From: Promethearchaeum syntrophicum
Lineage (GTDB): Archaea; Asgardarchaeota; Lokiarchaeia; Sigyniarchaeales; Promethearchaeaceae
Reading direction: 5' to 3'
DNA: 32,000 nucleotides
Assembly: GCF_008000775.2 (NCBI RefSeq)
Contig: NZ_CP042905.2
Span: 2,490,001 to 2,522,000, forward strand
Each line of letters opens with the position of its first letter. Within the stretch, counting starts at the first letter, position 1. Shown here piece by piece: positions 27,436 to 32,000 of the stretch. The position numbers were made by a program, and so were the translations under genes. A model generated the notes under the pieces. That model was given only the letters and a program-made list of their open reading frames with translations. It was not told the DNA's origin and did no database searches.

Positions 27436-29055
27436 ATGAGAAAAGTAAATAAAATTTTACTTATTATAATGTCAATTTTAATTGTGAGCTCACTTGTTAT
27501 AGTTTTGATCTTTTTCCCTCCATGGGGAACCGAAAATAGTGATACTACTGACCCAACAATTGAGATTACAAGCCCAATTGATGCAGCAGTTTATTATAAT
27601 GCATCACAATTGTTAAATATTACAGCTGAAGATAATATTCAAATTGATAATATCTGGTATAATTGGGATGGTTCAAATGTAACATACAACATTCCTGTTT
27701 CTATTATATTTAATGTAGGCACTAATACCATTAATGCATGGACAAATGATACTGCGGGTAATGTAGCTACAACATCTGTTACATTTACTATCGTAGAAGT
27801 TTTCACTTCAACATGGAATACATCAAAAATAAGCATAGGTTCCAGCAATAATGATCAAATAAGGTTACCTTTGGAACCATCTGGAATCTATAATTTCTTC
27901 GTTGATTGGGGGGATGGTTCAAGTAACACGATTACAGCTTGGAATCAAGCAGAAATAAATCATACTTATCCATCTCAAGGGCAATATACAATTACAATAA
28001 ATGGAACAATTAAAGGGTGGAGATTTAATAATGAGGGAGATAGACTGAAGTTACTCAAAATTACTCAATGGGGTAATTTAAGTCTGGGAAACTCTGGTAG
28101 TTATTTTTATGGATGTGAAAACCTAAATATTACTGCTAGTGATATCTTGAATTTAGATGGTACAACCAATCTATATGCGATGTTTGCTGGATGTTTTACT
28201 ATTGAAGAAATTCCGAATATGGGCTTATGGGATGTCTCAAGCGTGATAAATATGGTTGGATTGTTCGCGGCTGCGCCCAATTTCAATCAAGATATAGGTA
28301 ATTGGGATGTCTCCAATGTAACAGATATGCGATCTATGTTCGAAAGTGCATCATCATTTAACCAAGATATTGGGAATTGGGATGTCTCTGGTGTAACAAA
28401 TATGAGTTATATGTTTTTTGAGGCTGAAGCATTTAATCAATTCATAGGTAATTGGGATGTCTCTGGTGTAACTACCATGGATGCTATGTTCGATCAAGCG
28501 ATTGTCTTTAATCAATCACTTGAAAACTGGAATGTCTCACGTGTCACGAATATGAGAATTATGTTCTCTCGTGCAGAAGCTTTCAATCAAAATATAGGAA
28601 ACTGGAATGTTTCACGGGTAACCGACATGGAATTTATGTTTAGTAATGCATACAATTTCAACCAAGATATAGGTAATTGGGATGTTTCAAGTGTTGCAAA
28701 TATGATGTGTATGTTCTCTCATGCAAACAATTTCAATCGGTCAATAGGAAACTGGGATGTTTCAAGTGTTACAAATATGTTAGGTATGTTCTTATATGAT
28801 ACAGATTTCAATCAAAATATTAGTAATTGGAATGTCTCCAGCGTGACAAGCATGGATAATATGCTTAATGGAACTTCCTTTTCAACCAACAATTATGATA
28901 GTTTGTTAATTGAATGGTCGCAATTACCCTTACAATCAGGTGTAACCTTTTCTGCAGGTAATACAAAATATACATCTGGTGGAAATGCTGAGGCGGCTCG
29001 AATAGTCATTGAAGGTAAAGGTTGGATCATCCAAGACGGTGGACCATTAATTTAA
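27436..29055 (+). CDS. secreted/cell-surface BspA-like protein (DUF285 repeats)
   Basis: N-terminal signal/TM segment, Ig-like region EITSPIDAAVYYNAS...NAWTNDTAGNVATTSVTFT, then WDVSxVTNMxxMFxxAxxFNQxIGN repeats. Confidence 0.92.
   Translation: MRKVNKILLIIMSILIVSSLVIVLIFFPPWGTENSDTTDPTIEITSPIDAAVYYNASQLLNITAEDNIQIDNIWYNWDGSNVTYNIPVSIIFNVGTNTINAWTNDTAGNVATTSVTFTIVEVFTSTWNTSKISIGSSNNDQIRLPLEPSGIYNFFVDWGDGSSNTITAWNQAEINHTYPSQGQYTITINGTIKGWRFNNEGDRLKLLKITQWGNLSLGNSGSYFYGCENLNITASDILNLDGTTNLYAMFAGCFTIEEIPNMGLWDVSSVINMVGLFAAAPNFNQDIGNWDVSNVTDMRSMFESASSFNQDIGNWDVSGVTNMSYMFFEAEAFNQFIGNWDVSGVTTMDAMFDQAIVFNQSLENWNVSRVTNMRIMFSRAEAFNQNIGNWNVSRVTDMEFMFSNAYNFNQDIGNWDVSSVANMMCMFSHANNFNRSIGNWDVSSVTNMLGMFLYDTDFNQNISNWNVSSVTSMDNMLNGTSFSTNNYDSLLIEWSQLPLQSGVTFSAGNTKYTSGGNAEAARIVIEGKGWIIQDGGPLI
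28228..28872 (+). repeat. nine 25-aa (75-bp) tandem repeats, last one partial
   Basis: First W[DN]VS unit codon at 28228, ninth at 28828, i.e. exactly 8 x 75 bp apart. Confidence 0.9.
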
Positions 29056-29303
29056 AAATTTAACATTTATTGAAATTTGGATGATTTTTTCTGCTTTTTT
29101 TCATTTCCTCTTCATGCTTTTTTTCCCTCTCTATTATTTCTCCTTGTACTATTCAATCTGTCTGCATATTGTCAAAAAAGAAGGAAGCTGCCCCCTCAGA
29201 GCCACTAAACGGGTGAAATTTGAGTTAAATTAATGTTGAAAAAATAATATTTAGTGTTTAGGAATTTTTAAAAAATTGCATTATCTTCAGCTAATCTCCC
29301 CAT

Positions 29304-30011
29304 TCACCAAATAAGCGGAATTAATCGGAATTTAGTCTTTTTTGAATATAGATCGTAACCTGGTAATTCCTTTTGCAAGAGTTTATCCTCGAAATGGGTT
29401 CGTACAATAAATATTATGATAAGCAAAGCCGCAGGAATATAACTCCAAGCAGATCCGAATATTAGAGGTACACTAAGAATCATTATTATTTCTCCGGTAT
29501 ATCCTGGATGTCGAATAATTTTATAAGGTCCAGTGTCACATAAATATCGATTCTTATCCACAGATACTGTCATTGTAAAATTTTTGTTTGCAATCATTGC
29601 CCAAATTCCAATTATCCATCCGATCAGAAAAATTGGGATCCCCAAATAAATTAATGAATTATCGAAGGAGGACCATTGAAATCTGACTGCATCAAAGCCA
29701 GCAATAATATAAAATAGCAAAGAAAGGACAATAAAGCAATAAATAAAAATTCTATCATATTTTTTAGTATTTTCTGTGAAAATTTCTGTTCTGACTTGAA
29801 AAAGGGCAGGATTAAAAATGTATAGTAATATTATTTTCGCGACATGATGAAGTAGAATAATTATCAAATATATCCTACCGTTCCGCCAATTAAAAGTCCC
29901 CGCAGCCAAAAATAAAATCATCAAAGAAAATATTGATTGAAATAAATCCCGAATAATTGTAAATATTCCCTGATTTTGCGATTTTACTTTCTTTACCTTT
30001 ATTTTTGACAT
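29304..30011 (-). CDS. isoprenylcysteine carboxyl methyltransferase / phospholipid methyltransferase-like membrane protein
   Basis: TGPYKIIRHPGYTGEIIMIL and FEDKLLQKELPGYDLYSKKTKFRLIPLIW in a multi-TM protein. Confidence 0.88.
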   Translation of the reverse strand: MSKIKVKKVKSQNQGIFTIIRDLFQSIFSLMILFLAAGTFNWRNGRIYLIIILLHHVAKIILLYIFNPALFQVRTEIFTENTKKYDRIFIYCFIVLSLLFYIIAGFDAVRFQWSSFDNSLIYLGIPIFLIGWIIGIWAMIANKNFTMTVSVDKNRYLCDTGPYKIIRHPGYTGEIIMILSVPLIFGSAWSYIPAALLIIIFIVRTHFEDKLLQKELPGYDLYSKKTKFRLIPLIW

Positions 30012-30070
30012 AATATTAATTTATTTTTAGAAGTTATAATTTTTAATTGAAGTATTGTAAATGTATGTTT

Positions 30071-30997
30071 CTAGAAATTACTTTTATTCAAATATTTCAG
30101 CCCCGAATCAACCATTAACGTAACTACGGTAGCTGATGGACCTAATTGCTTAGCAATCTGTAGGGCTGCGACCACATTTGCTCCAGAGGAGATTCCTGCA
30201 AATATTCCTTCTTCACGAGCAAGGCGTTTTGACATTTCTATCGCTTCTTCAGTTGAAACCAAAATTATCTGATCTGCAATATGTGTTTCCCACAGCGGAG
30301 GAATAAATCCACTTCCTATTCCTTCTATATTATGTGCCCCTTTTGAGCCTCCAGATAATACAGGAGATTCTTTAGGTTCGACAGCTACAATTTTAATCGT
30401 TGGATCAAATTTTTGTAAGATTGATGAAGTTCCCTTTATAGATACTGCAGTTCCAACCGAATGTACAAATGCATCTATCTGACCATGCGTTTGTTCCCAA
30501 ATCTCTTCAGCTAAAGAATAATATCCGACAAGCGCATCTTTATTGTTGAATTGATTCGTCCAGTAGATATTCGGTGCTTTACTCATTTTTCTTGCAGTTT
30601 CGATCATTTCTTCAATAAGTTCTTTGGTTGTTCCTCTCCCATGACTTGGAACAATGGTGATTTCCGCTCCTAAAGCTTTCATATGTTCTATTTTATCTTG
30701 GCTAAAAGCATCCGATGTCACAATCTGAAGTTTGTATTCTTTTACCGTACAAACTAATGCTAGTGATGCACCCGTGCTTCCTCCAGTATATTCAATGATT
30801 GTGTCTCCTTTTTTTAAACGACCGTCTTTTTCTGGTTCGTTGATCATTGCTTGTGCCATTCGATCTTTCATACTTCCTGTCGGATTTTCCATTTCTAATT
30901 TAACAAGTATTTTTGCATGATTTGGATTTGCTACGTTGTGTAATTGCACCAATGAAGTATTACCAATAGTTTCAAGAATATTTTTATTAAGTTTCAA
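30071..30997 (-). CDS. cysteine synthase family PLP-dependent enzyme
   Basis: IGNTSLVQL, KLEMENPTGSMKDRMA (PLP Lys), EYTGGSTGASLA, GIFAGISSGANVVAAL. Confidence 0.93.
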   Translation of the reverse strand: MKLNKNILETIGNTSLVQLHNVANPNHAKILVKLEMENPTGSMKDRMAQAMINEPEKDGRLKKGDTIIEYTGGSTGASLALVCTVKEYKLQIVTSDAFSQDKIEHMKALGAEITIVPSHGRGTTKELIEEMIETARKMSKAPNIYWTNQFNNKDALVGYYSLAEEIWEQTHGQIDAFVHSVGTAVSIKGTSSILQKFDPTIKIVAVEPKESPVLSGGSKGAHNIEGIGSGFIPPLWETHIADQIILVSTEEAIEMSKRLAREEGIFAGISSGANVVAALQIAKQLGPSATVVTLMVDSGLKYLNKSNF

Positions 30998-31165
30998 TTA
31001 TCCCACCCAACTTTTGAAATAATTATAATGTGTTAAAAAAATAAAATAAAAATTATGAATTGATAGAGATGTGGTCTTTTGAATTATGAAAACGGATAAG
31101 TATGTGAAGTATTTTGAAAGAAATAAAAGGAAATCTTTGGAAATAAAGTTCTTATCTTCTTTTAA

Positions 31166-31474
31166 TTATTTTATTAGGGATTCAGCAAATTTTTTTGCCT
31201 CTTTCGTATAATTTATCCATTTGTCCGAAAACTCAACAGGAATAATTACCCATTCTTTCATAATTTTTCCATTTCCCGGATCATAAGGTTTACCTTCTTT
31301 GATTCTTAAAAGTTCGTTTACTCGATCTTTTGGTAATTTTATTACAAAATTACCTTCTTTATTCAACATTGCAAACATTTTTTTCTTGATCTTGAGTGAT
31401 TCTCCCTGTTTTTGCACATCTCTCATTTTTAAAAAGTATTCTTTAATTTTTAGCCAATATTCCTCTGTTGACAT
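31166..31474 (-). CDS. small TfoX/YjbR-like protein
   Basis: FVIKLPKDRVNELLRIKEGKPYDPGNGKIMKEWVIIP pattern. Confidence 0.5.
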   Translation of the reverse strand: MSTEEYWLKIKEYFLKMRDVQKQGESLKIKKKMFAMLNKEGNFVIKLPKDRVNELLRIKEGKPYDPGNGKIMKEWVIIPVEFSDKWINYTKEAKKFAESLIK

Positions 31475-31634
31475 TTTCTACTATGTATTATATTAAGGAT
31501 TAAATAAATTTTTTTGAAAAGGTTAGAAAACAATAATATAACACCCCATATGGATGATTTTTTTTATAATTTTTAATTCAGAAAGAAAATATGAAAAAAA
31601 ACATAGAGTGAACTTGTAGGATTCAATCAAAATT

Positions 31635-32000
31635 TTATAATGGTTTTCCACAGTGATTACAAAATTTATTATTGGGGAGTGAAACACTTCCACAGTGTTT
31701 GCAGAATTTAGCAGGGGTTGTAGTTTGTTGAGGTTGTGAATTGAACATAAATGGTGCACTTGTAGGCATTTGGGTAGATGGATATTGTTTTACTTTTTTA
31801 TTCTTTCGACTAACTAATTTGATCAATATTATAGGGATTCCAATAATGCCTACAACGATTCCAATTCCAGTCGCCCACCCTTCAATCCTATACTGATCAA
31901 AATCAGATTTTAGAAAACATTTAACAGTAAATCGGCTACTAGCATCAATTAAAAGTTTATAAGTCCCAGGTGTTAAGTCTATCGCCCTTAATTCAAATCT
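31635..32000 (-). CDS. partial CDS running off the window edge: TM segment plus C-terminal double zinc ribbon
   Basis: Frame is open upstream of the called TTG start to base 32000: RFELRAIDLTPGTYKLLIDASSRFTVKCFLKSDFDQYRIEGWATGIGIVVGIIGIPIILIKLVSRKNKK...CKHCGSVSLPNNKFCNHCGKPL. Confidence 0.7.
   Translation of the reverse strand, partial: RFELRAIDLTPGTYKLLIDASSRFTVKCFLKSDFDQYRIEGWATGIGIVVGIIGIPIILIKLVSRKNKKVKQYPSTQMPTSAPFMFNSQPQQTTTPAKFCKHCGSVSLPNNKFCNHCGKPL

Noticed and set aside
27436-29055. Repeat array as CRISPR
   Set aside because: 75-bp units are contiguous, coding and translated into a known surface-repeat pattern, with no spacers

Overview
AT-rich window, most likely from an Asgard/Lokiarchaeia-type archaeon (inferred from gene content, not proven). 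Four regions stand out. (1) 21-8368 (-): a tight six-gene cassette of mostly unrecognised proteins. It contains a retropepsin-like aspartic peptidase, a Zn-ribbon/coiled-coil protein, a multi-TM protein, a beta/coiled-coil protein, a 1347-aa coiled-coil protein with an Ala/Ser/Gly-rich segment, and a short protein that appears to share its N-terminal module with the peptidase gene. This is my best candidate for an undescribed system. (2) 8847-18684: an AOR / heterodisulfide-reductase electron-transfer locus. It has a 4x[4Fe-4S] protein, an AOR-family W/Mo enzyme, a GNAT-like protein of unknown role, MvhD, HdrA and HdrC, with a divergent TPR-HdrB fusion and a polyferredoxin. (3) 21786-21878 (+): a tRNA with anticodon UCA and 9+4 architecture, i.e. 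a selenocysteine tRNA. Short sequences resembling its 3' end recur in four downstream intergenic regions. (4) Accessory 19-32 kb: aldo/keto reductase, CPBP protease, SnoaL-like protein, MazE/MazF-type pair, NOL1/NOP2/Sun methyltransferase, thioesterase-like protein, a BspA/DUF285 surface protein with exact 75-bp periodic repeats, an ICMT-like methyltransferase and a cysteine-synthase-like enzyme. Two pseudogene-like remnants were also found. No CRISPR array, rRNA or recognisable transposase was seen.
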